From the human T2T-CHM13v2.0 reference genome, Homo sapiens: a stretch of DNA of 64,000 nt. The notes beneath the pieces are model-generated. The model was not told where the DNA came from. It was given only the letters and a program-made list of their open reading frames with translations, and made no database searches. Positions 24,401 through 37,559 of the stretch are shown here, piece by piece (the first letter of the stretch is position 1; each line of letters opens with the position of its first letter). The translations under genes were made by a program, and so were the position numbers. The DNA lies in assembly GCF_009914755.1 (NCBI RefSeq), contig NC_060939.1; one strand, given 5' to 3'.

Positions 24401-27400
24401 AAAGAGCTCCAAATATTCACTTGCAGATTCTACAAAAAGAGTGTTCCAAAACTGCTCAATCATGAAATAGGATCAACCCTGTGAGATGAATGTACGTATG
24501 ACAGAGAAGTTTCTCAGAATGCTTCTGTGTAGTTTTTATGCGAAGATATTCGATTTTCCACAGTACGCCTCAAAGTTCTCCAATTATCCACTCGTAGATT
24601 CTGCAAAAAGAGAGATTCAAAACTGCTCAATCAAAAGATAGTTTCTACTCCATTAGCTGAAAGACCACATCACAAAAAAAGTTTCTCAGGATGCTTCTGT
24701 GTAGTTTTTATGTGAAGATATTTGGTTTTCCACAGTAGGCCTCAAAGCGCTCCAAATATCCACTCACAGATTCTGCAAAAAGAGAGATTCAAAACTGCTG
24801 AATCAAAAGACAGTTTCAACTCTGTGACTTCAGTGCACACCTCACAAGGATGTTTCTCAGAATGCTTCTGTGTAGTTTTCATATAAAGATATCTCCTTCT
24901 CCAAAATGGATCTCAAAGTTCTCCAAATATTCACTTCCAGATTCTATGGAAAGATTGTCTCAAAACTGCTCAATCAAACCAAAGGTTCAACTCTGTGAGA
25001 TGAATGCACACATCACAAAGAAGTTTCTCAGAGTACTTCTGTGTAGTTTCTATTTGAGGATAGTTCCTTTTCCACCACAGACCAGAAAGGGCTCCAAATA
25101 TCCATTGCAGATGGTACAAAAAGTGGGATTCAAAACTGCTCAATCCAAAGGTAGTTTCAACCATGTGATATGAATGCACACAGCACAGAGAATTTTCTCA
25201 AAATGCGTCTGTCTAGTTTTTATTTGAAGATATTTCCTTTTCTACCATAGGCCACAAACGTCTCCAAATATCCACATGCAGCTTCTACAAAAAGAGAGAT
25301 TCAAAACTTCTCAATCAAAAGATAGGTTCAACTCTGTGAGTTGAAAGCACACCTCACAGAGAAGTTTCTCAGAGTGCTTCTGTGTGTTTTTATGTGAAGA
25401 TATTTCCTTTTCCACAATAGGCCTCAAAGCTCTCCAAATATCTGCGAGCAGAGTCTACAAAATGAGAGATTCAAAACTGCTCAATGAAAAGATAGGTTCA
25501 ACTCTGTGAGTTGAATGCACACCTCCAAAGAAGTTTCTCAGAATGCTTCCGTGTAGTTTTTATGTGAAGATATTTACTTTTCCACAGTTGTCCCAAAGCT
25601 CTAAAATGTCCACTTGCAGACCCTCCAAAAGAGTGTTTCAGAATTGCTCAATCAAAGGGAAGGTTCAATTCTGTGTGACCAATGCACTCATCACAAAGAA
25701 GTTTGTCTGAATGCTTCTGTGTAGAATTGATTTGAAGATAATTCCTTTTCCACCACAGTCCGCAAAGGGCTAAAAATATCCACTTGCCGATTCCACAAAA
25801 AGAGAGATTCAAAACTGCTCAATCACAAGATAGGTTCAACTTGGTAATTGGAAAGCACACATGACAAACAATTTCTGAGAATGTTTCTGTGTAGTTTTTA
25901 AGGGAAGATATTTGATTTTCAAATGTAGGCCTCAAATCGCTCCAAATATCCACTTGCATATTGTACAAAAAGAGAGATTCAAAACTGGTCACTCAAAAGT
26001 TAGGTCCAGCTCTGTGAGCTGAATGCACACATCACAAAGATGTTTCTCAGAAGGTTTCTGTATAGTTTTTATATGAAGATATTGGCTTTTCCACAATATG
26101 CCTCAAATCTCCCCAATTATCCACTTGCAGATTCTAGAAAAAGAGTGTTTCAAAACAGCTCAATCAAAATAAACTTTCAACTCTGTGAGATCAATGCACA
26201 CATCACAAAGAAGTTTCTCAGAATGCTTCTGTGTAGTTTTTTTTGTGAAGATATTTGATTTTCCACAGCAGGCTTCCAAGCACTCCAAATATCCACTCGC
26301 AGATTCTGCAAAAAGAGAGATTCAAATCTGCTGAATCAAAAGATAGGTTTAACTCTGTGACTTCAATGCACACCTCACAAGGGTGTTTCTCAGAAAGCTT
26401 CTGTGTAGTTTTTATATGAAGATATCTCCTTCTCCAAAGCAGGTCTCAAAGCCCTCCAAATATTCACTTCAAGATTCTACGGAAAGATTGTCTCAACACT
26501 GCTAAATCTAAACAAATGTTCAACTCTGTGTGATGAATGCACTCATCACAGAGAAGTTTCTCTGAATGCCTCTGTGTAGTTTTTATTTGAAGATATTTGC
26601 TTTTCCAGTATAGGGCGAAATAGGGCTCCAAATATTCACTTGCAGATTCTACAAAAGGAGAGATTCCAAACTGCTCAATCAAAACATAGGTTCAACACTG
26701 TGAGTTGAATGCACACATCACAAAGAAGTTTCACAGAGTGCTTCTGGGTAGTTTTTATTTGAGGATATTTCCCTTTCCACAATAGGCCTCAAAGCTTTCC
26801 AAATATCCACTTGCAGATTCTGCAAAAAGAGAGATACAAAACTGCTCTATCAAAAGATAGATTCGACTCTGTGAGTTGAATGCCAACATCGCAAAGAAGT
26901 TTCTCAGAATGCTTCTCTGCAGCTTTTTTGTGAGTATGTTTCGTTTTCCACCATAGGGCGAAATGGGGCTCCAAATATCCACTTGCATTTCCTACAAAAA
27001 GAGAGATTCTAAGCTGCTCAATCAAAACATTGTTTCAACACGGTTAGTTGAATGCACACATCCCAAAGATGTTTTTCAGAGTGCTTCTGTGTGGTTTTTA
27101 TGTGAAGATACTTCCTTTTCCACAATAGGCCTCAAATCTCTGTAAATATCCACTTGCAGACTCTACAAAGAGTGTTTCCAAACTGCTCAATCATAAGATA
27201 GGTTCAACTCCGATAGTTGAATGCACACATCACAAAGAAGTTTCTCAGAAAGCTTCTGTGTAGTTTTTGATGAAGATATCTTCTTCTCTAAAACAGAACT
27301 CCAAGCCCTCCAAATATTCACTTCAAGATTCTACGGAAAGATTGTCTCAAAACTCCTAAATCAAAACAAAGTTTCAACTCTGTGTCATGAATGCATTCAT

Positions 27401-30400
27401 CTCAAAGAAGTTTCTCTGAATGCTTCTGTGCAGTTTTTATTTGAAGATAATTGCTTTTCCAGTATAGGGCGAAATAGGGCTCCAAATATTCACTTGCAGA
27501 TTCTACAGAAAGAGAGATTCCAAACTGCTCAATCAAAACATAGGTTCAACACTGTGAGTTGAATGCATACATCGCAAAGAAGTTTCACAGAGTACTTCTG
27601 GGTGGTTTTTATTTGAAGATATTTCCCTTTCCACAATAGGCCTCAAAGCTTTCCAAATGTCCACTTGCAGATTCCACCAAAAGAGTGTTTCGAAACTGCT
27701 CAATCAAAAGAAAGGTTCTACTCTGTGGGATGAATGCACACATCACAAAGTAGTTTCTCAGAATGCTTCTGTGTAGTTTTTATGTGAAGATATTTGTTTT
27801 TCCACAGTAGGCCCCAAGGAGCTCCAAATATTCACTTGCAGATTCTACAAAAAGAGTGTTCCAAAACTGCTCAATCATGAAATAGGATCAACCCTGTGAG
27901 ATGAATGTACGTATGACAGAGAAGTTTCTCAGAATGCTTCTGTGTAGTTTTTATGCGAAGATATTCGATTTTCCACAGTACGCCTCAAAGTTCTCCAATT
28001 ATCCACTCGTAGATTCTGCAAAAAGAGAGATTCAAAACTGCTCAATCAAAAGATAGTTTCTACTCCATTAGCTGAAAGACCACATCACAAAAAAAGTTTC
28101 TCAGGATGCTTCTGTGTAGTTTTTATGTGAAGATATTTGGTTTTCCACAGTAGGCCTCAAAGCGCTCCAAATATCCACTCACAGATTCTGCAAAAAGAGA
28201 GATTCAAAACTGCTGAATCAAAAGACAGTTTCAACTCTGTGACTTCAGTGCACACCTCACAAGGATGTTTCTCAGAATGCTTCTGTGTAGTTTTCATATA
28301 AAGATATCTCCTTCTCCAAAATGGATCTCAAAGTTCTCCAAATATTCACTTCCAGATTCTATGGAAAGATTGTCTCAAAACTGCTCAATCAAACCAAAGG
28401 TTCAACTCTGTGAGATGAATGCACACATCACAAAGAAGTTTCTCAGAGTACTTCTGTGTAGTTTCTATTTGAGGATAGTTCCTTTTCCACCACAGACCAG
28501 AAAGGGCTCCAAATATCCATTGCAGATGGTACAAAAAGTGGGATTCAAAACTGCTCAATCCAAAGGTAGTTTCAACCATGTGATATGAATGCACACAGCA
28601 CAGAGAATTTTCTCAAAATGCGTCTGTCTAGTTTTTATTTGAAGATATTTCCTTTTCTACCATAGGCCACAAACGTCTCCAAATATACACATGCAGCTTC
28701 TACAAAAAGAGAGATTCAAAACTTCTCAATCAAAAGATAGGTTCAACTCTGTGAGTTGAAAGCACACCTCACAAAGAAGTTTCTCAAAGTGCTTCTGTGT
28801 GTTTTTATGTGAAGATATTTCCTTTTCCACAATAGGCCTCAAAGCTCTCCAAATATCTGCGAGCAGAGTCTACAAAATGAGAGATTCAAAACTGCTCAAT
28901 GAAAAGATAGGTTCAACTCTGTGAGTTGAATGCACACCTCCAAAGAAGTTTCTCAGAATGCTTCCGTGTAGTTTTTATGTGAAGATATTTACTTTTCCAC
29001 AGTTGTCCCAAAGCTCTAAAATGTCCACTTGCAGACCCTCCAAAAGAGTGTTTCAGAATTGCTCAATCAAAGGGAAGGTTCAATTCTCTGTGACCAATGC
29101 ACTCATCACAAAGAAGTTTGTCTGAATGCTTCTGTGTAGAATTGATTTGAAGATAATTCCTTTTCCACCACAGTCCGCAAAGGGCTAAAAATATCCACTT
29201 GCCGATTCCACAAAAAGAGAGATTCAAAACTGCTCAATCACAAGATAGGTTCAACTTGGTAATTGGAAAGCACACATGACAAACAATTTCTGAGAATGTT
29301 TCTGTGTAGTTTTTAAGGGAAGATATTTGATTTTCAAATGTAGGCCTCAAATCGCTCCAAATATCCACTTGCATATTGTACAAAAAGAGAGATTCAAAAC
29401 TGGTCACTCAAAAGTTAGGTCCAGCTCTGTGAGCTGAATGCACACATCACAAAGATGTTTCTCAGAAGGTTTCTGTATAGTTTTTATATGAAGATATTTG
29501 CTTTTCCAAAATATGCCTCAAATCTCCCCAATTATCCACTTGCAGATTCTAGAAAAAGAGTGTTTCAAAACAGCTCAATCAAAATAAACTTTCAACTCTG
29601 TGAGATCAATGCACACATCACAAAGAAGTTTCTCAGAATGCTTCTGTGTAGTTTTTTTTGTGAAGATATTTGATTTTCCACAGCAGGCTTCCAAGCACTC
29701 CAAATATCCACTCACAGATTCTGCAAAAAGAGAGATTCAAATCTGCTGAATCAAAAGATAGGTTTAACTCTGTGACTTCAATGCACACCTCACAAGGGTG
29801 TTTCTCAGAAAGCTTCTGTGTAGTTTTTATATGAAGATATCTCCTTCTCCAAAGCAGGTCTCAAAGCCCTCCAAATATTCACTTCAAGATTCTACGGAAA
29901 GATTGTCTCAACACTGCTAAATCTAAACAAATGTTCAACTCTGTGTGATGAATGCACTCATCACAGAGAAGTTTCTCTGAATGCCTCTGTGTAGTTTTTA
30001 TTTGAAGATATTTGCTTTTCCAGTATAGGGCGAAATAGGGCTCCAAATATTCACTTGCAGATTCTACAAAAGGAGAGATTCCAAACTGCTCAATCAAAAC
30101 ATAGGTTCAACACTGTGAGTTGAATGCACACATCACAAAGAAGTTTCACAGAGTGCTTCTGGGTAGTTTTTATTTGAGGATATTTCCCTTTCCACAATAG
30201 GCCTCAAAGCTTTCCAAATATCCACTTGCAGATTCTGCAAAAAGAGAGATACAAAACTGCTCTATCAAAAGATAGATTCGACTCTGTGAGTTGAATGCCA
30301 ACATCGCAAAGAAGTTTCTCAGAATGCTTCTCTGCAGCTTTTTTGTGAGTATGTTTCGTTTTCCACCATAGGGCGAAATGGGGCTCCAAATATCCACTTG

Positions 30401-33400
30401 CATTTCCTACAAAAAGAGAGATTCTAAGCTGCTCAATCAAAACATTGTTTCAACACGGTTAGTTGAATGCACACATCCCAAAGATGTTTTTCAGAGTGCT
30501 TCTGTGTGGTTTTTATGTGAAGATACTTCCTTTTCCACAATAGGCCTCAAATCTCTGTAAATATCCACTTGCAGACTCTACAAAGAGTGTTTCCAAACTC
30601 CTCAATCATAAGATAGGTTCAACTCCGATAGTTGAATGCACACATCACAAAGAAGTTTCTCAGAAAGCTTCTGTGTAGTTTTTGATGAAGATATCTTCTT
30701 CTCTAAAACAGAACTCCAAGCCCTCCAAATATTCACTTCAAGATTCTACGGAAAGATTGTCTCAAAACTCCTAAATCAAAACAAAGTTTCAACTCTGTGT
30801 CATGAATGCATTCATCTCAAAGAAGTTTCTCTGAATGCTTCTGTGCAGTTTTTCTTTGAAGATAATTGCTTTTCCAGTATAGGGCGAAATAGGGCTCCAA
30901 ATATTCACTTGCAGATTCTACAGAAAGAGAGATTCCAAACTGCTCAATCAAAACATAGGTTCAACACTGTGAGTTGAATGCATACATCGCAAAGAAGTTT
31001 CACAGAGTACTTCTGGGTGGTTTTTATTTGAAGATATTTCCCTTTCCACAATAGGCCTCAAAGCTTTCCAAATGTCCACTTGCAGATTCCACCAAAAGAG
31101 TGTTTCGAAACTGCTCAATCAAAAGAAAGGTTCTACTCTGTGGGATGAATGCACACATCACAAAGTAGTTTCTCAGAATGCTTCTGTGTAGTTTTTATGT
31201 GAAGATATTTGTTTTTCCACAGTAGGCCCCAAAGAGCTCCAAATATTCACTTGCAGATTCTACAAAAAGAGTGTTCCAAAACTGCTCAATCATGAAATAG
31301 GATCAACCCTGTGAGATGAATGTACGTATGACAGAGAAGTTTCTCAGAATGCTTCTGTGTAGTTTTTATGCGAAGATATTCGATTTTCCACAGTACGCCT
31401 CAAAGTTCTCCAATTATCCACTCGTAGATTCTGCAAAAAGAGAGATTCAAAACTGCTCAATCAAAAGATAGTTTCTACTCCATTAGCTGAAAGACCACAT
31501 CACAAAAAAAGTTTCTCAGGATGCTTCTGTGTAGTTTTTATGTGAAGATATTTGGTTTTCCACAGTAGGCCTCAAAGCGCTCCAAATATCCACTCACAGA
31601 TTCTGCAAAAAGAGAGATTCAAAACTGCTGAATCAAAAGACAGTTTCAACTCTGTGACTTCAGTGCACACCTCACAAGGATGTTTCTCAGAATGCTTCTG
31701 TGTAGTTTTCATATAAAGATATCTCCTTCTCCAAAATGGATCTCAAAGTTCTCCAAATATTCACTTCCAGATTCTATGGAAAGATTGTCTCAAAACTGCT
31801 CAATCAAACCAAAGGTTCAACTCTGTGAGATGAATGCACACATCACAAAGAAGTTTCTCAGAGTACTTCTGTGTAGTTTCTATTTGAGGATAGTTCCTTT
31901 TCCACCACAGACCAGAAAGGGCTCCAAATATCCATTGCAGATGGTACAAAAAGTGGGATTCAAAACTGCTCAATCCAAAGGTAGTTTCAACCATGTGATA
32001 TGAATGCACACAGCACAGAGAATTTTCTCAAAATGCGTCTGTCTAGTTTTTATTTGAAGATATTTCCTTTTCTACCATAGGCCACAAACGTCTCCAAATA
32101 TCCACATGCAGCTTCTACAAAAAGAGAGATTCAAAACTTCTCAATCAAAAGATAGGTTCAACTCTGTGAGTTGAAAGCACACCTCACAAAGAAGTTTCTC
32201 AGAGTGCTTCTGTGTGTTTTTATGTGAAGATATTTCCTTTTCCACAATAGGCCTCAAAGCTCTCCAAATATCTGCGAGCAGAGTCTACAAAATGAGAGAT
32301 TCAAAATTGCTCAATGAAAAGATAGGTTCAACTCTGTGAGTTGAATGCACACCTCCAAAGAAGTTTCTCAGAATGCTTCCGTGTAGTTTTTATGTGAAGA
32401 TATTTACTTTTCCACAGTTGTCCCAAAGCTCTAAAATATCCACTTGCAGACCCTCCAAAAGAGTGTTTCAGAATTGCTCAATCAAAGGGAAGGTTCAATT
32501 CTGTGTGACCAATGCACTCATCACAAAGAAGTTTGTCTGAATGCTTCTGTGTAGAATTGATTTGAAGATAATTCCTTTTCCACCACAGTCCGCAAAGGGC
32601 TAAAAATATCCACTTGCCGATTCCACAAAAAGAGAGATTCAAAACTGCTCAATCACAAGATAGGTTCAACTTGGTAATTGGAAAGCACACATGACAAACA
32701 ATTTCTGAGAATGTTTCTGTGTAGTTTTTAAGGGAAGATATTTGATTTTCAAATGTAGGCCTCAAATCGCTCCAAATATCCACTTGCATATTGTACAAAA
32801 AGAGAGATTCAAAACTGGTCACTCAAAAGTTAGGTCCAGCTCTGTGAGCTGAATGCACACATCACAAAGATGTTTCTCAGAAGGTTTCTGTATAGTTTTT
32901 ATATGAAGATATTTGCTTTTCCAAAATATGCCTCAAATCTCCCCAATTATCCACTTGCAGATTCTAGAAAAAGAGTGTTTCAAAACAGCTCAATCAAAAT
33001 AAACTTTCAACTCTGTGAGATCAATGCACACATCACAAAGAAGTTTCTCAGAATGCTTCTGCGTAGTTTTTTTTGTGAAGATATTTGATTTTCCACAGCA
33101 GGCTTCCAAGCACTCCAAATATCCACTCACAGATTCTGCAAAAAGAGAGATTCAAATCTGCTGAATCAAAAGATAGGTTTAACTCTGTGACTTCAATGCA
33201 CACCTCACAAGGGTGTTTCTCAGAAAGCTTCTGTGTAGTTTTTATATGAAGATATCTCCTTCTCCAAAGCAGGTCTCAAAGCCCTCCAAATATTCACTTC
33301 AAGATTCTACGGAAAGATTGTCTCAACACTGCTAAATCTAAACAAATGTTCAACTCTGTGTGATGAATGCACTCATCACAGAGTAGTTTCTCTGAATGCC

Positions 33401-36400
33401 TCTGTGTAGTTTTTATTTGAAGATATTTGCTTTTCCAGTATAGGGCGAAATAGGGCTCCAAATATTCACTTGCAGATTCTACAAAAGGAGAGATTCCAAA
33501 CTGCTCAATCAAAACATAGGTTCAACACTGTGAGTTGAATGCACACATCACAAAGAAGTTTCACAGAGTGCTTCTGGGTAGTTTTTATTTGAGGATATTT
33601 CCCTTTCCACAATAGGCCTCAAAGCTTTCCAAATATCCACTTGCAGATTCTGCAAAAAGAGAGATACAAAACTGCTCTATCAAAAGATAGATTCGACTCT
33701 GTGAGTTGAATGCCAACATCGCAAAGAAGTTTCTCAGAATGCTTCTCTGCAGCTTTTTTGTGAGTATGTTTCGTTTTCCACCATAGGGCGAAATGGGGCT
33801 CCAAATATCCACTTGCATTTCCTACAAAAAGAGAGATTCTAAGCTGCTCAATCAAAACATTGTTTCAACACGGTTAGTTGAATGCACACATCCCAAAGAT
33901 GTTTTTCAGAGTGCTTCTGTGTGGTTTTTATGTGAAGATACTTCCTTTTCCACAATAGGCCTCAAATCTCTGTAAATATCCACTTGCAGACTCTACAAAG
34001 AGTGTTTCCAAACTCCTCAATCATAAGATAGGTTCAACTCCGATAGTTGAATGCACACATCACAAAGAAGTTTCTCAGAAAGCTTCTGTGTAGTTTTTGA
34101 TGAAGATATCTCCTTCTCTAAAACAGAACTCCAAGCCCTCCAAATACTCACTTCAAGATTCTACGGAAAGATTGTCTCAAAACTCCTAAATCAAAACAAA
34201 GTTTCAACTCTGTGTCATGAATGCATTCATCTCAAAGAAGTTTCTCTGAATGCTTCTGTGCAGTTTTTCTTTGAAGATAATTGCTTTTCCAGTATAGGGC
34301 GAAATAGGGCTCCAAATATTCACTTGCAGATTCTACAGAAAGAGAGATTCCAAACTGCTCAATCAAAACATAGGTTCAACACTGTGAGTTGAATGCATAC
34401 ATCGCAAAGAAGTTTCACAGAGTACTTCTGGGTGGTTTTTATTTGAAGATATTTCCCTTTCCACAATAGGCCTCAAAGCTTTCCAAATGTCCACTTGCAG
34501 ATTCCACCAAAAGAGTGTTTCGAAACTGCTCAATCAAAAGAAAGGTTCTACTCTGTGGGATGAATGCACACATCACAAAGTAGTTTCTCAGAATGCTTCT
34601 GTGTAGTTTTTATGTGAAGATATTTGTTTTTCCACAGTAGGCCCCAAAGAGCTCCAAATATTCACTTGCAGATTCTACAAAAAGAGTGTTCCAAAACTGC
34701 TCAATCATGAAATAGGATCAACCCTGTGAGATGAATGTACGTATGACAGAGAAGTTTCTCAGAATGCTTCTGTGTAGTTTTTATGCGAAGATATTCGATT
34801 TTCCACAGTACGCCTCAAAGTTCTCCAATTATCCACTCGTAGATTCTGCAAAAAGAGAGATTCAAAACTGCTCAATCAAAAGATAGTTTCTACTCCATTA
34901 GCTGAAAGACCACATCACAAAAAAAGTTTCTCAGGATGCTTCTGTGTAGTTTTTATGTGAAGATATTTGGTTTTCCACAGTAGGCCTCAAAGCGCTCCAA
35001 ATATCCACTCACAGATTCTGCAAAAAGAGAGATTCAAAACTGCTGAATCAAAAGACAGTTTCAACTCTGTGACTTCAGTGCACACCTCACAAGGATGTTT
35101 CTCAGAATGCTTCTGTGTAGTTTTTATATAAAGATATCTCCTTCTCCAAAATGGATCTCAAAGTTCTCCAAATATTCACTTCCAGATTCTATGGAAAGAT
35201 TGTCTCAAAACTGCTCAATCAAACCAAAGGTTCAACTCTGTGAGATGAATGCCCACATCACAAAGAAGTTTCTCAGAGTACTTCTGTGTAGTTTCTATTT
35301 GAGGATAGTTCCTTTTCCACCACAGACCAGAAAGGGCTCCAAATATCCATTGCAGATGGTACAAAAAGTGAGATTCAAAACTGCTCAATCCAAAGGTAGT
35401 TTCAACCATGTGATATGAATGCACACAGCACAGAGAATTTTCTCAAAATGCGTCTGTCTAGTTTTTATTTGAAGATATTTCCTTTTCTACCATAGGCCAC
35501 AAACGTCTCCAAATATCCACATGCAGCTTCTACAAAAAGAGAGATTCAAAACTTCTCAATCAAAAGATAGGTTCAACTCTGTGAGTTGAAAGCACACCTC
35601 ACAAAGAAGTTTCTCAGAGTGCTTCTGTGTGTTTTTATGTGAAGATATTTCCTTTTCCACAATAGGCCTCAAAGCTCTCCAAATATCTGCGAGCAGAGTC
35701 TACAAAATGAGAGATTCAAATCTGCTCAATGAAAAGATAGGTTCAACTCTGTGAGTTGAATGCACACCTCCAAAGAAGTTTCTCAGAATGCTTCCGTGTA
35801 GTTTTTATGTGAAGATATTTACTTTTCCACAGTTGTCCCAAAGCTCTAAAATATCCACTTGCAGACCCTCCAAAAGAGTGTTTCAGAATTGCTCAATCAA
35901 AGGGAAGGTTCAATTCTGTGTGACCAATGCACTCATCACAAAGAAGTTTGTCTGAATGCTTCTGTGTAGAATTGATTTGAAGATAATTCCTTTTCCACCA
36001 CAGTCCGCAAAGGGCTAAAAATATCCACTTGCCGATTCCACAAAAAGAGAGATTCAAAACTGCTCAATCACAAGATAGGTTCAACTTGGTAATTGGAAAG
36101 CACACATGACAAACAATTTCTGAGAATATTTCTGTGTAGTTTTTAAGGGAAGATATTTGATTTTCAAATGTAGGCCTCAAATCGCTCCAAATATCCACTT
36201 GCATATTGTACAAAAAGAGAGATTCAAAACTGGTCACTCAAAAGTTAGGTCCAGCTCTGTGAGCTGAATGCACACATCACAAAGATGTTTCTCAGAAGGT
36301 TTCTGTATAGTTTCTATATGAAGATATTTGCTTTTCCACAATATGCCTCAAATCTCCCCAATTATCCACTTGCAGATTCTAGAAAAAGAGTGTTTCAAAA

Positions 36401-37559
36401 CAGCTCAATCAAAATAAACTTTCAACTCTGTGAGATCAATGCACACATCACAAAGAAGTTTCTCAGAATGCTTCTGTGTAGTTTTTTTTGTGAAGATATT
36501 TGATTTTCCACAGCAGGCTTCCAAGCACTCCAAATATCCACTCGCAGATTCTGCAAAAAGAGAGATTCAAATCTGCTGAATCAAAAGATAGGTTTAACTC
36601 TGTGACTTCAATGCACACCTCACAAGGGTGTTTCTCAGAAAGCTTCTGTGTAGTTTTTATATGAAGATATCTCCTTCTCCAAAGCAGGTCTCAAAGCCCT
36701 CCAAATATTCACTTCAAGATTCTACGGAAAGATTGTCTCAACACTGCTAAATCTAAACAAATGTTCAACTCTGTGTGATGAATGCACTCATCACAGAGAA
36801 GTTTCTCTGAATGCTTCTGTGTAGTTTTTATTTGAAGATATTTGCTTTTCCAGTATAGGGCGAAATAGGGCTCCAAATATTCACTTGCAGATTCTACAAA
36901 AGGAGAGATTCCAAACTGCTCAATCAAAACACAGGTTCAACACTGTGAGTTGAATGCACACATCACAAAGAAGTTTCACAGAGTGCTTCTGGGTAGTTTT
37001 TATTTGAGGATATTTCCCTTTCCACAATAGGCCTCAAAGCTTTCCAAATATCCACTTGCAGATTCTGCAAAAAGAGAGTTACAAAACTGCTCTATCAAAA
37101 GATAGATTCGACTCTGTGAGTTGAATGCCAACATCGCAAAGAAGTTTCTCAGAATGCTTCTCTGCAGCTTTTTTGTGAGTATGTTTCGTTTTCCACCATA
37201 GGGCGAAATGGGGCTCCAAATATCCACTTGCATTTCCTACAAAAAGAGAGATTCTAAGCTGCTCAATCAAAACATTGTTTCAACACGGTTAGTTGAATGT
37301 ACACATCCCAAAGATGTTTTTCAGAGTGCTTCTGTGTGGTTTTTATGTGAAGATACTTCCTTTTCCACAATAGGCCTCAAATCTCTGTAAATATCCACTT
37401 GCAGACTCTACAAAGAGTGTTTCCAAACTGCTCAATCATAAGATAGGTTCAACTCCGATAGTTGAATGCACACATCACAAAGAAGTTTCTCAGAAAGCTT
37501 CTGTGTAGTTTTTGATGAAGATATCTCCTTCTCTAAAACAGAACTCCAAGCCCTCCAAA

